Shown here in pieces: positions 25,934 to 34,921 of a DNA stretch of 64,000 nucleotides. A model generated the notes under the pieces. That model was not told where the DNA came from, did no database searches, and worked only from the letters and a program-made list of their open reading frames with translations. Origin of the DNA: Octopus vulgaris (Eukaryota); contig OX597831.1 of assembly GCA_951406725.2 (NCBI GenBank), forward strand, positions 5,518,001 through 5,582,000, in the 5' to 3' direction. A program made the position numbers and the translations under genes. Position 1 is the stretch's first letter. Each line of letters begins with the position of its first letter.

Positions 25934-28900
25934 TGCATGTGCATACATACATACATGTATATATGTGTGTATGTATCTATATAAAATCATACATGTATAT
26001 ATATTTCTTTACAACCCACAAGGGGCTAAACACAGAGGGGACAAACAAGGACAGACACCGGATTAAGTCGATTATATTGACCCCAGTGTGTAACTGGTAC
26101 TTAATTTATCGACCCCAAAATGATGAAATGCAAAGTCGACCTCGACGGAATTTGAACTCAGAACATAACGGCAGACAAAATACAGCTACGCATTTCGCCC
26201 GGCGTGCTAACGATTCTGCCAGCTCACTGCCTTCATACATGCATATATATACATGCATGTATATATATGTTTGTGTGTGTATATATATGCATACATATGT
26301 ATGAGTATGTATGTATCTATACATGTGTATATATGATGTATGTAAATGTGTGCGTGTATGTGCGCTATAAGCACACATTTATGTGTTGGATACTATAGCT
26401 GACCATAGCTAAGACAGGTCAAACAGTCAATGAAAAATTTCATGATGGAATGAAGGCATGTGTCAGTGTAGGTAGTGCGCCTTCTGAACACCTGCTGCAG
26501 GAGGTGTCCATCATTACCATGTTTGTGCAAAAGTGTGTAGATCCCTAACGGGAATGAAGAGTCACATCTATACTGCTCATGTTTTAAAGAACAATCAAAT
26601 AATAGCAATCAACTCAAAACTGAACTGCAGCCACCACATTCGTGTGTGTGTGTGCATGTATTTGTGTGTGTGTGTGTATGCATGTAGTTATGTATGTGTG
26701 TGTGGTGTGTATGCATGCATTTAAGTGTGTGTTTTTACATATATGGATAATATATATCCTCATCCCCATCATTTAACATCTGCCTTCCATGCTGGCATGG
26801 GTTGGACAGTTTGACAGGAGCTGCTAGTCAGGTGACTGGGCAAAGCTTTACTATCAGCTTTAATACTGTTTTTTACAGTTTGATGTCTTTCTTACCACCA
26901 ACCAATTTACAGAAAGTCCTGGTGGCTTTTTATGGGGCACCAGCACCAGTGAGGTCACCAGGTAACTCACAATACAAGACCCCTTGAGGGAGGTGGTTTT
27001 GTGTCAGATAATAAAGAGATTAGAGTATGACAGGGAGATAGAAGCAGGTGTTACACAGTAGAGGGGCTACATGGCTAACTCCAGTTGGAAGAGGAGAGAG
27101 AGAAGGTGGTGCAGATGCGTCTGGGTGCACCCTCAAGTTACAGTGGTAGGGGGTATACAAGAGAAGCGGTACAGAGGGAGTGGGCAGGTGAGAGTGCAAG
27201 AAGAGTGTAGGAGATGACGGGTAGAGGAATGCAGTGAACAGGGAACACAGGTTGGAGGTTGGGTGTTAAGGACATGAGTTGCTGAGGAGAGGGTCACAGA
27301 CATGAGTGATGTGTCTTTAGGACCTCATTTTTATTTAAACTGATGGGGGCGGGGGTTTTCTCCAAGCACAGCAAATCACCACTCATCTCAGTTATTTGTC
27401 ATCTTCTCTCTGAGGTTCAGCATCTGAGGGTCATTTTTCACTACTTCGTCTTACATTTTCCTAGGTCTGGCTCTTCCACAGGTTCCATCCCTATTTGGGG
27501 ACTGGCAATTCTTTATGCAGCTATCCTTATCCATTTGTATCACATTAACCCCACCAGTGGAGTCTTCTCACTTTTAAACAACATCTGATGCCTCTTATCC
27601 CCAATTTTTCTCTCAATACATTTACACTTTGTCATGCATACTGACATTGCACATTCAGTGAAGATGCTAGCTTTGTTTCTTTCCTCTGCAGTCACAGCCC
27701 ATGTTTCACTACCATGTAGCATTGTTGCTCATACACAAACATCATACGATCTTGCTTTCACTCTGAAGGCAAGTTAACAACTAAGGTTAAAGCTCTCTGA
27801 ACTTTGCCCAGCCACTTATAATCCTAGCAACTATGCTTTCAGAACATCCTCCTCCACTGCTAATTAGGTCACATAGGTAACAGAAACCATCTGCTACCAC
27901 TAAGGATCCTCTGGGGCATTTGAAGGAATCTATTTCCCCCGTGTGTTCTCATGTTTAGTGTCTCTGCACATCTGCCACACAAAGACAATCTTCTCTGATA
28001 ACCTTCGCATGATTCCACTACACCCTTTATATGGCCATAGCTTGCGCTAGGTACACAATAAACACCTTTTCTACATATCAAGCAGGGATTAGTAATTTAT
28101 CAGCTCTCCTAATTACTAGGACTTTAGTCTTTGCTGAGTTAACTTTAGGGCCCTTTGATTGCAGGCTTTGCTTCCACACCTAGAATTTTTCCTATTATAC
28201 TATAGGCTCTACATTATTTACATTAGACAGATATATATTCTCATTTTGTTTGTTGTGACCACAATGTTTCGGCTAATTTACTCTCCAGCCTTCATCAGGT
28301 GTCCTGGTAGGATTTTGAACTCAACCCTGGGATCTCTTTCCTAACGTATTTTTTTGCCAATGTTGTTATTATTATTTTTCGTTTTTGGATTTGGTTTGCA
28401 AGATTCTTTATATGAGTTCGTGTGTTGAAGCATATTCTGTTGTGTCTGGGGAGATTCATTTTCTTTTTGTGCTTTATAATGTAACACACTCACCGGTAAA
28501 ATTTCCACATTTATTATTTTTATTATTTTTTTTTTTTTAAATAAGAAATAAGTGGAAATTTTACTGGTGAGTGTGTTAAATAATAAGGCACAAAAAGAAA
28601 ATGACTCTCCCAAAACACAACAGAATTATTATTATTATTATTTATTCAAGGCACTGCATGGAATTGAACTCACAATCATGGGGTTAGTAGCCCGTGCTCT
28701 TACCCATTACGCTATATGCCCATGGTAATAACAAACAAGATGAAGACACATATCCATCTAACATAAATAATGTCCAGAATTCCTCGTCTCAATACCAAGG
28801 TCATCAGCAGAGAGGAGCTCCCATGGGAACCCAGTCTCAAACTCCTCAGTTATGGCCAGGAGGAATATGTACAGTCGCCCACACAAATGTACAACCATGC

Positions 28901-29346
28901 CCTAGGTTTCTGAGCGCTGTGTACTCAACACATATGTATATACTCCCATCTTCCTCTCAACTACTCCCTTCTGGGTTTTCTGCTGTCATCACTCCCTCTC
29001 CTAGTAACTGGGTACAAGGCAGGCCCACCTCCTGTATTGATGTTACAATGCAACATGTTGAGTTCCCTCTACAAGGGAATGGCGAGCATGGTGAGCTACA
29101 CTACTTCTCAAGTGTTGGTGGCAAGAAACAATAAGGTTTGTAAAGTGGTTGGTGTTCGGAAGGGCTTCACATCATGGAAATGAAGCCTAATGGCATGTAC
29201 AGTGGAGGAAATGGTTCGGACTGGAACAACCCATCTAACCAATGCCAACATGGAAAGTGGGGATATACACATACACACACACAGCATTGATGCTGCTGTA
29301 ATAGCTTAAACAGACTAGAAAGCAGAAAACATCTATTTTTCTCTAT

Positions 29347-29380
<34 letters not shown>

Positions 29381-29691
29381 CACGCGCACAAATGAATGTA
29401 TGTGCATGTGTGCATGTGCATATATGTGTATATATATGTATGTATATGTGAATTTACATACATGTGTCTGTATATATGTATATGAGTGTTTGTGTGAGCG
29501 TCTGTATGAATATATGTGCATATATACATACATATATATGTATGTATGTTTGTGTGTATATATGTATGTATATCTGTAGGTACATATGCTTGCATATACA
29601 CACACACACACACACACACATATATATGTATGTATGCTTGTTTGTGTATATATATATATGTATATCTGTAGGTACATATGCTTGCATGTAT

Positions 29692-29725
<34 letters not shown>

Positions 29726-29778
29726 GAATGTTTGTGTATGTATATGTATGTATATCTGTAAGTACATATGCTTGCATG

Positions 29779-29819
<41 letters not shown>

Positions 29820-29963
29820 GTATGTTTGTGTGTGTGTATATATATATGTATATTTGTAAGTACATATGCTTGCATGTATACACACACACACACACACATA
29901 TATATATGTTTGTGTGTGTGTGTATATGCATGTATATCTGTAGGTACATATGCTTGCATGTAT

Positions 29964-30007
<44 letters not shown>

Positions 30008-30061
30008 GTTTGTGTGTGTATATATGTATGTATATCTGTAAGTACATATGCTTGCATGTAT

Positions 30062-30101
<40 letters not shown>

Positions 30102-30152
30102 TTGTATGTATATATGTATGTATATCTGTAAGGTACATATGCTTGCATGTAT

Positions 30153-30190
<38 letters not shown>

Positions 30191-30244
30191 GTTTGTGTGT
30201 GTATATATGTATGTATATTTGTAGTTACATATGCTTGCATGTAT

Positions 30245-30276
<32 letters not shown>

Positions 30277-30468
30277 TTGTATGTATATATGTATGTATAT
30301 CTGTAGGTACATATGCTTGCATGTATATACACATACACATATATATATGTATGTTTGTGTGTATATATGTATGTATATTTGTAAGTACATATGCTTGCAT
30401 GTATACACACAGACACACACACACATATATATCTTTGTATGTATATCTGTAGTTACATATGCTCGCAT

Positions 30469-30506
<38 letters not shown>

Positions 30507-30868
30507 GTATATCCCCACAACCTCCCTTCTTCGCCCTGTCATTGAGCTGCTCTCCATGTTTCCATGATTAAATTTATTGAAGTTATACTCAATTATATTT
30601 GCCTGTGAATGTGTCTCAATGGTCCACTCCGTCTAAGCATATCTCACCATCACACCACTTCTTCAAAATAAAACGTTACGTTACAACAACAACAACAGCA
30701 ACAAGAACAACAACAGCAGCAACAATAATAATAATGATGTCGTTATTGTTGTTGTTAACATTTTATTTCGCGATATTGACAAAAGATGTGTTTTTCTGCT
30801 CAGCATCAACATATCTACATCAGTGACAACATTAAAGAGCAGTGCGTGTGTGTGTGTACGTATGTGTA

Positions 30869-30904
<36 letters not shown>

Positions 30905-32517
30905 AGGGGGTGGGGTAGAACACAGAAGGACAAAGATAAATTATTGTTGTTGTTGTAGTTGTTGTTATTTGTACATTTTATCTCTAATTATTAAATTGTT
31001 TTCAATTTCTTTCCCCTCGTCATCAACATCGACAGCACCAGTGCCGCCGCCACCACCGCCACCATCATTGCCCTCGTCTCCATGTTCATCACCATCGCTA
31101 CCACCGCACTCATCTCCACCACTGCCACCACCGCCACTACCATCATCATCATCATCACACCAACCCTCATCCTCCTTTCATTCACCATCACTTCTTTTTT
31201 TATATTCTCCCTTACATTCTTTTTTCACATTTTTATTATCTTCCTCATCCTCCTCCTCTCCTCTTCATCCTCTTCTCCCTCATCCCCATCCTCTTCTTCC
31301 TCCTCTTCTTCTTCCTTCCCCCATCCTCTTCTCTTCCTCCCCCATCCTCTTCTCTTCCTCCTCCTCATCCTCTTCTCCCTCCCCCCATCCTCTTCTCTTC
31401 CTCCTCCTCATCCTCTTCTCTTCCTCCTCATCTTTCTACTTTTCCTCTTTGCGTTCATTCCTCTTCTGTCTCAACAATTTCTCTCCTTTTCTCTCTCCCT
31501 CTCTCTCTCTCTCACACTCTCCTCCTCCTATCTTCCTTCCTCTCTCTCTCTTCCCCCCTGCTCTTATACTTAAAACTGAACTTCTACCATGGCCAAATAA
31601 TGTTGTTGTTGTTGCTGTCGCCGCCGCCGTCCATTCGACGATGTGTTTAGTAATTAACATTTAGTGAGATATCTCTGTTTAACCCGACACAGTGGGTGAC
31701 AATGCGGCTTAGTGGAGGGCAGGCAGGGGGTTTCGGAACACGGGGACTGCTGCTGCCCCTAATGTTAAGGGAAATGTCTAAACAACAGCAACACCAACTA
31801 AAACACCAACAACAATGATGACGACGACGGCAACAATGACGAGAGATAAATTTAAACGATAATGAAATAAGATGCAATAAAAGTAATTGCGAAAGGAAGT
31901 TAGGAATAAAGAATTGAAATATTTGAAGAGTGGAAGAAAGAGTCTAAGAATTAAATGAAATTGGATATTTGCAGAGAATTTGATGTTTAAAATAAATTTA
32001 TTTGTTGAATTATATATAAAATATAATGACAATAATAATAATAATAATGATAACAAGAACTGCAGCACCAACAACAACAATAATGGCAAGCAGATTCAGT
32101 GTCTGAGAACAATGGCAATAGTTACAGCATCTCTTAAATCTTGGAATTTTCTTCTCTTCTGGTTCCACACATATACACGTATTTGAACCTTCACACATTC
32201 ACACACATACATGCACATTCAAATATATATAAACATACACAGACAAGCACATAGAGACACAAACATACAATCATGTATACACACACATAAATATGCTCAT
32301 GTACACACACGCAGACACACACACAGACACACACACACAGAAATATGCTCACACAAAAACACACATTTGAACACTCACACTTTCACACACACACAAACAT
32401 TCGATCATGTACACACACACATACACACCAGAAATATGCTCATGAACACACACACACACATTTGAACACTCACATTCACACACATATACACACAGGTGCA
32501 CATTCCAACATATGTAA

Positions 32518-32548
<31 letters not shown>

Positions 32549-32550
32549 TG

Positions 32551-32584
<34 letters not shown>

Positions 32585-32890
32585 TGCTTGTTCCAACACA
32601 CATGAACACACACACACACAAAGAAACACATTCAATCATGTACACCCCCACACACACGTACATTCACACACGCACACACACTCAAACATACATTCACACC
32701 CACATACACACAATGTAATCTTTCTTTTACAATTATTTAAACACTTCCAATAAAGGAGGAGCAGGTTTCTAACAGACAACCCCTTCCATGCCCACCCATC
32801 ACTTCACTTTGGATACCAAACAACAGTTGGGGGATGTTACATGTTGAACTTCAGAAAAGTTTTGCATATTTTTACTATTCCTCTTACAGA

Positions 32891-32928
<38 letters not shown>

Positions 32929-34758
32929 TTACCATCTGCTTCCCATGCTGGCTTGGGTTGGACATTGTATCATTAAAATGCAAAAACACCTTAACCCTTT
33001 TTTGCTCTAGCAAAATTAAAGAAAAAGAAATAGTAATATTGCACATAGATGACAATTTTTTGGTGTTTAGGTGGTAGCGTAGTATAAAAAAAAGGACCCC
33101 TTTTGGTCATGAATGACCATGGGATTGCACCTAGAAAGTTCCCCTCTAAGGCACAAGTCCAGATATGGTTGTACGTGGAAGACAAGCAGTCGCTCATGCA
33201 TGCCAGCCTCTCCTCTCCATGCCACCTTGCTATCCAAGGGAAAGGCAAAGGGGCCGATACAGCTTGGCACCAGTGATGTCGCAACTCATTTCCACAGCGG
33301 AGTGAACTAGAGCAATGTGGAATAAAGTGTCTTGCTCAAGAACGTAACACACAGCCCGGTCCGGGAATCGAACTCACAACCTCATGATTGTGAGCTTGAC
33401 ACTCTAACCACTGAGCCATGTGCCTCATAGTATCAGGTATATGTAATGTTTAGGAAGTAGCAGAGTGTAGCTTAGAGTAGTTGAGATTTTGCAGGTGGTA
33501 TGGAGTGGTATTTTAGCTGTTAGTGTAGTTGGCAGAGTGTGGTAGTGTGGTATGTTGAATAAGCAGTGGTATGATGGTAGTGTAAAGGTGGTGGTGGTGT
33601 AGAAGTTAGGTTGTAGTGTGGTAGCTGTCAGTCAGTAACAAATCAATAATGAAACCGATTCTTACCAATTATTAATATTCCATCGAGTTCGTAAAAATCC
33701 TTTTCGGGACCATTTAAACTGAAACAATGAAAAAACAGAGAGTAAGGTAGTGGTGGTGGTGATTTAGTGGTGGTTTAATCCTGTTTAAATAAATCATGTC
33801 AAATAAGTAAATATGTAACAATTTCCATAGCGATATGGTTGTCTACTTGCACACACTTCTTTAGCATCCGTAACGGATATTGCGCAAAAGTGGATCTTCT
33901 CTGGTAGAGTGCCTAGGGGTGGTCACTTTAGGATACCAGACTGAACCATGTCATATCAAAACCCACAGAGAGGTTGAAGACAATGTTGGATTGCAAGAGA
34001 GCTCCAAATATCTTGGTAAAAACTGGCCCTAATACATTACTGGTACTGGTGCACAGTCTAGTGAAAGCATAAAAGATAAAATCCCAATATTTTTTTTTTC
34101 GGAGATGTACTCGCATAGCAAGTGACTTGATCTGAGATCGTGTGCTGGAACGAAAACAATTGCAGCATGGAAGGTGTTTGTAAGCCATTTAAGAAACACA
34201 CAAAAGCCATTCGATTCACTTCGACATTTAAGTTTAATTTGACAAATTACACTTAAATGTTGAAGTGAATCGAACGGCTTTTGTGTGTTTCTTAAATGGC
34301 TTACAAACACCTTCCACGCTGCAATTGTTTTTTTTCCTTTTTAGCCAAAGTGAAATAGTTTCACCCTTTAGTGTTCAAACAAAACCACAATCCAACCCAA
34401 ATATTTTAACCTAGTTTATGCTCAAACTAGCCAGATCTTTCCTTTCACACCTACCCTACAATTTCATTTTAGAAATAAGAAATCTTATTGAAATCTCAAA
34501 AACTATGAATCCAATCAATGAATAATTAAAAACGATGTTAATAAACCAACTTTACATTTTTACAGAGTAATCTCAACATTAAAGGATTAAAAAACACATT
34601 ATAACTATTAAATAGATTTTCCCCTCAGAGGAATGACCAGTAGTGATAGTAGTAATAGTAGTAGTGGTGATATTAAAACTACTTACATCGGGGTAGAATC
34701 TCTGTGGGAACTTGGCTTTTTCTTTAACGGTGACATTCTCAATATTACCAGACTGGAC
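1764..34758 (-). CDS. INPP5A: Type I inositol-1,4,5-trisphosphate 5-phosphatase, partial spliced CDS (10 exons, 750 nt, 250 aa; N-terminal and terminal exons not found in window)
   Basis: Exons 34687-34758, 33666-33718, 24662-24725, 14526-14581, 12569-12653, 12007-12099, 8574-8651, 5502-5575, 3401-3512 and 1764-1826 were spliced by hand. All are AG/GT bounded with compatible phases and no stop codons. Product: [110 protein letters not shown]...[31 protein letters not shown]...CMGDHK, collinear with vertebrate INPP5A. Confidence 0.96.
2285..2733 (+). mobile_element. Full-length tRNA-derived SINE (family A: internal microsatellite, (GAGTAAAA)n tail)
   Basis: A-box TGGCTGTGTGG and B-box GGTTCAGTCC; more than 10 homologous copies in the window. 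Confidence 0.88.
3037..3233. mobile_element. Old TTAA-type (piggyBac-like) MITE; homologues near 12190-12372, 34363-34590 and 44677-44905
   Basis: Ends TTAACCCCTTA...TAAAGGGTCAA; shared body ttcagattactctgtcaaa...tttattcaca. Confidence 0.55.
3401..3512 (-). CDS. INPP5A: INPP5A exon: (S)[37 protein letters not shown]
   Basis: 112 nt, phase 2/0; acceptor ttctttcag, donor gtaaat; carries the 5-phosphatase signature P(S/A)WCDR(I/V)L. Confidence 0.97.
3718..3927. repeat. Long inverted repeat (about 90-bp arms, about 30-nt AT loop)
   Basis: aattagagataaaaccactattaggcaaatcaaacagtgaaaatcata is followed by its reverse complement at about 3873-3919. Confidence 0.92.
3943..4196. repeat. Long inverted repeat (about 120-bp arms, 17-nt loop) containing a hammerhead 3' half (GAAAC-AGCT-GTT)
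   Basis: tcaatgcaaatagactgcatcccatctaacagctgtttctgcttcca pairs with tggaagcagaaacagctgttagatgggatgcagtctatttgcattga. Confidence 0.92.
4545..4840 (-). mobile_element. SINE/LINE-tail family C (GAT-repeat tail, RTE-like 3' end)
   Basis: catcatttagcatccgctttccatgctagcatgg...; homologues at 10021-10312, 13517-13975, 42858-43135, 49560-49985, 50268-50555, 57122-57341 and 58432-58527. Confidence 0.8.
5033..5385. mobile_element. Helentron-associated (HINE-like) non-autonomous element
   Basis: Homologous to 42771-43418; starts GAGCACTCAGAGAG, has an ACAA microsatellite and a terminal ...GGAGGC end. Confidence 0.6.
5502..5575 (-). CDS. INPP5A: INPP5A exon: [24 protein letters not shown](S)
   Basis: 74 nt, phase 0/2; acceptor tttttccag, donor gtcagt; ISFPPS joins YP in the next exon. 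Confidence 0.95.
7610..8079. repeat. Degenerate minisatellite, unit about 21-23 bp (TCTCTACACTGTCACACCACTGTG-like)
   Basis: About 20 recurrences of ctctacactgtcac variants; explains the SLHCHT-repeat ORFs. Confidence 0.9.
8574..8651 (-). CDS. INPP5A: INPP5A exon: [26 protein letters not shown]
   Basis: 78 nt, phase 0/0; acceptor cttttgcag, donor gtaagt; aligns by position with the vertebrate VMLQLEKKLFDY segment. Confidence 0.88.
9357..9799. mobile_element. Fold-back non-autonomous element carrying a hammerhead (retrozyme/Penelope pseudo-LTR-like), flanked by a 15-bp direct repeat
   Basis: Inverted arms of about 195 bp (9396-9589 / 9604-9801); TGACATTTCTGTATT at 9342-9356 and 9800-9814. Confidence 0.8.
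9589..9633 (+). ncRNA. Type I hammerhead ribozyme motif (C3U variant)
   Basis: CATACG-TTGACGA-GAGG CAAAAA CCTT-GAAA-C TATA G-TC-CGTATG: 6-bp stem I, 4-bp stem II, palindromic stem III ACTATAGT, GUC cleavage triplet. Confidence 0.75.
10590..11516 (-). mobile_element. RTE-clade LINE 3' fragment (RT C-terminal region), interrupted by nested MITEs
   Basis: Minus-strand translation across the insertion gives [15 protein letters not shown]...[16 protein letters not shown]...KWIG...[21 protein letters not shown], with in-frame stops. Confidence 0.85.
10998..11435 (+). mobile_element. piggyBac-like MITE (TTAA TSD, TIR CCCTTTCGTTAC) with a second copy nested at 11158-11379
   Basis: TTAA|CCCTTTCGTTAC...GTAACGAAAGGG|TTAA; the inner copy is bounded by TTAA at 11154-11157 and 11380-11383. 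Confidence 0.9.
11705..11926. mobile_element. Tc1/mariner-type MITE
   Basis: TA|CAGGGTGGCCCAAAA ... TTTTGGGACACCTTG|TA. Confidence 0.75.
12007..12099 (-). CDS. INPP5A: INPP5A exon: [31 protein letters not shown]
   Basis: 93 nt, phase 0/0; acceptor ttgcag, donor gtaagt; resembles the vertebrate VKLIFRESDNDRK segment. Confidence 0.9.
12569..12653 (-). CDS. INPP5A: INPP5A exon: (R)[28 protein letters not shown]
   Basis: 85 nt, phase 2/0; acceptor ttttgttccag, donor gtatgt; catalytic GDxNFR motif. Confidence 0.97.
12831..13125. repeat. Degenerate long inverted repeat (about 110-bp arms)
   Basis: ctatttcaccagttaactaat...attgattaatcattc...gtttgtcaaagtc pairs with gactttgacaaac...gaatgattaatcaat...ttagttaattggtgaaatag. 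Confidence 0.8.
14526..14581 (-). CDS. INPP5A: INPP5A exon: [18 protein letters not shown](R)
   Basis: 56 nt, phase 0/2; acceptor ttatttcag, donor gtaagt; matches the vertebrate SPSVYSGIRHKAL segment. Confidence 0.95.
14925..15130 (-). mobile_element. Penelope-pLTR-like repeat fragment (homologues at about 12725-12845 and 28380-28626) with a hammerhead-like motif at 15076-15112
   Basis: Shared sequence ggtttgcaagattctttatatg...aacacactcaccggtaaaatttccac; minus-strand motif CTA-TTGAAAA-G-GTTGC AAGAT GCGAC-GAAA-CTTT-TAG. Confidence 0.55.
16205..16537 (+). mobile_element. tRNA-derived SINE family D (Nin/Deu-like core); copies at 33096-33427 (-) and 46348-46683 (-)
   Basis: A-box TGGCTCAGTGG, B-box AGTTCGAATC, core TTCTTGAGCAAGACACTTTATTTCACGTTGCTCCAGTTCACTCAGCTGT. 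Confidence 0.82.
17110..17480 (-). mobile_element. SINE family A copy
   Basis: Reverse complement of the 2285-2733 family. Confidence 0.85.
17741..17787 (-). ncRNA. Type I hammerhead ribozyme motif (U4C variant) in an element homologous to 9396-9801
   Basis: TCTAGA-CCGATGA-TGGG CAAAGA CCCT-GAAA-CATGCATG-TC-TCTAGA; stem I extends (GCTA/TAGC) across a bulge; palindromic stem III ACATGCATGT. Confidence 0.75.
20590..20965. repeat. Tandem repeat, unit about 92 bp x4, built from microsatellite-like sequence
   Basis: Anchor ATGGGTCTGTGCATGTACAT at 20665, 20758, 20849 and 20942. Confidence 0.9.
21616..22031 (-). mobile_element. SINE family A, full-length copy
   Basis: Near-identical reverse complement of 2285-2733. 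Further copies at 22365-22699 (+), 23110-23368 (-), 44925-46114 (-, three copies), 49385-50218 (+), 52968-53332 (+) and 53490-53808 (-). Confidence 0.88.
23651..23968 (+). mobile_element. tRNA-derived SINE family E ((AAAC)n tail); related copies at 58075-58383 (-), 46775-47084 (-) and 53850-54115 (-)
   Basis: A-box TGGCCTAGTGG and B-box GTTTCGAATC. Confidence 0.82.
24662..24725 (-). CDS. INPP5A: INPP5A exon: (C)[21 protein letters not shown]
   Basis: 64 nt, phase 2/0; acceptor ctttttcag, donor gtaagt; [10 protein letters not shown] motif. Confidence 0.97.
24930..25211. mobile_element. hAT-type MITE with 8-bp TSD and internal GGAGTC repeats
   Basis: CACACAGA|CAGGCTGTGGAGT ... ACTCCACAGCCCTG|CACACAGA. 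Confidence 0.8.
26002..26233 (-). mobile_element. MetaSINE-like SINE (family B), full length
   Basis: Reverse complement of the 44338-44575 type. Confidence 0.85.
27310..28170 (-). mobile_element. Decayed RTE-clade LINE fragment (RT C-terminus)
   Basis: Minus-strand [10 protein letters not shown] motif with flanking frameshifted sequence. Confidence 0.75.
28257..28303 (-). ncRNA. Minimal type I hammerhead motif in a Penelope-pLTR-like repeat
   Basis: GACAC-CTGATGA-A-GGCTGG AGAGTAAA TTAGCC-GAAA-CATT-GTGGTC; intact CUGAUGA and GAAA boxes. Confidence 0.65.
28434..28626. repeat. Inverted repeat (about 80-bp arms)
   Basis: attctgttgtgt...aacacactcaccggtaaaatttccac pairs with gtggaaattttactggtgagtgtgtt...acacaacagaat. 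Confidence 0.88.
29565..30500. repeat. Compound minisatellite: constant core TCTGTAGGTACATATGCTTGCATGTATA plus variable (CA)n(TA)n, about 11 units
   Basis: GCTTGCAT anchor at 29588, 29680, 29770, 29868, 29952, 30050, 30141, 30233, 30315, 30393 and 30461 (variant). Confidence 0.9.
31240..31562. repeat. Polypyrimidine/polypurine low-complexity tract
   Basis: Almost exclusively C/T on the plus strand (CCTCTT/CCTCAT units). Confidence 0.9.
33666..33718 (-). CDS. INPP5A: INPP5A exon: [17 protein letters not shown](C)
   Basis: 53 nt, phase 0/2; acceptor ttgtttcag, donor gtaaga; KWSRKGF motif typical of INPP5A. Confidence 0.97.
34153..34331. repeat. Near-perfect hairpin (about 89-bp arms, 1-nt spacer) from a fold-back repeat element starting near 34101
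   Basis: aaaacaattgcagc...aatttg A caaatt...gctgcaattgtttt. Confidence 0.93.
34687..34758 (-). CDS. INPP5A: INPP5A exon: [24 protein letters not shown]
   Basis: 72 nt, phase 0/0; acceptor gctgtcttag, donor gtaagt; matches vertebrate EKEKFPQDYFPE. Confidence 0.94.
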
Positions 34759-34921
34759 CTAAGACAGCAAAAGAAACATCATTAGTCAGGTAAGATAATT
34801 AATAAAGCAATCATCAATATATACGTATATAATATACAAATGTAACATCATCATAATGGTCAGTTACATAATACCATTGTCATCATCATCGTCATCATCA
34901 GGTACATAGATAATTCTTTCT

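Noticed and set aside
29167-30571. Long ORFs (267-443 aa) rich in Y/I/H/T/C/V/M, and the many similar ORFs across the window
   Set aside because: They are translations of (AT)n/(AC)n/(GT)n repeats, open in several frames on both strands, with no domain content.
30969-31664. 231-aa Pro/Ser-rich ORF
   Set aside because: Arises from (CCA)n and C/T low-complexity DNA; overlapping frames are also open.
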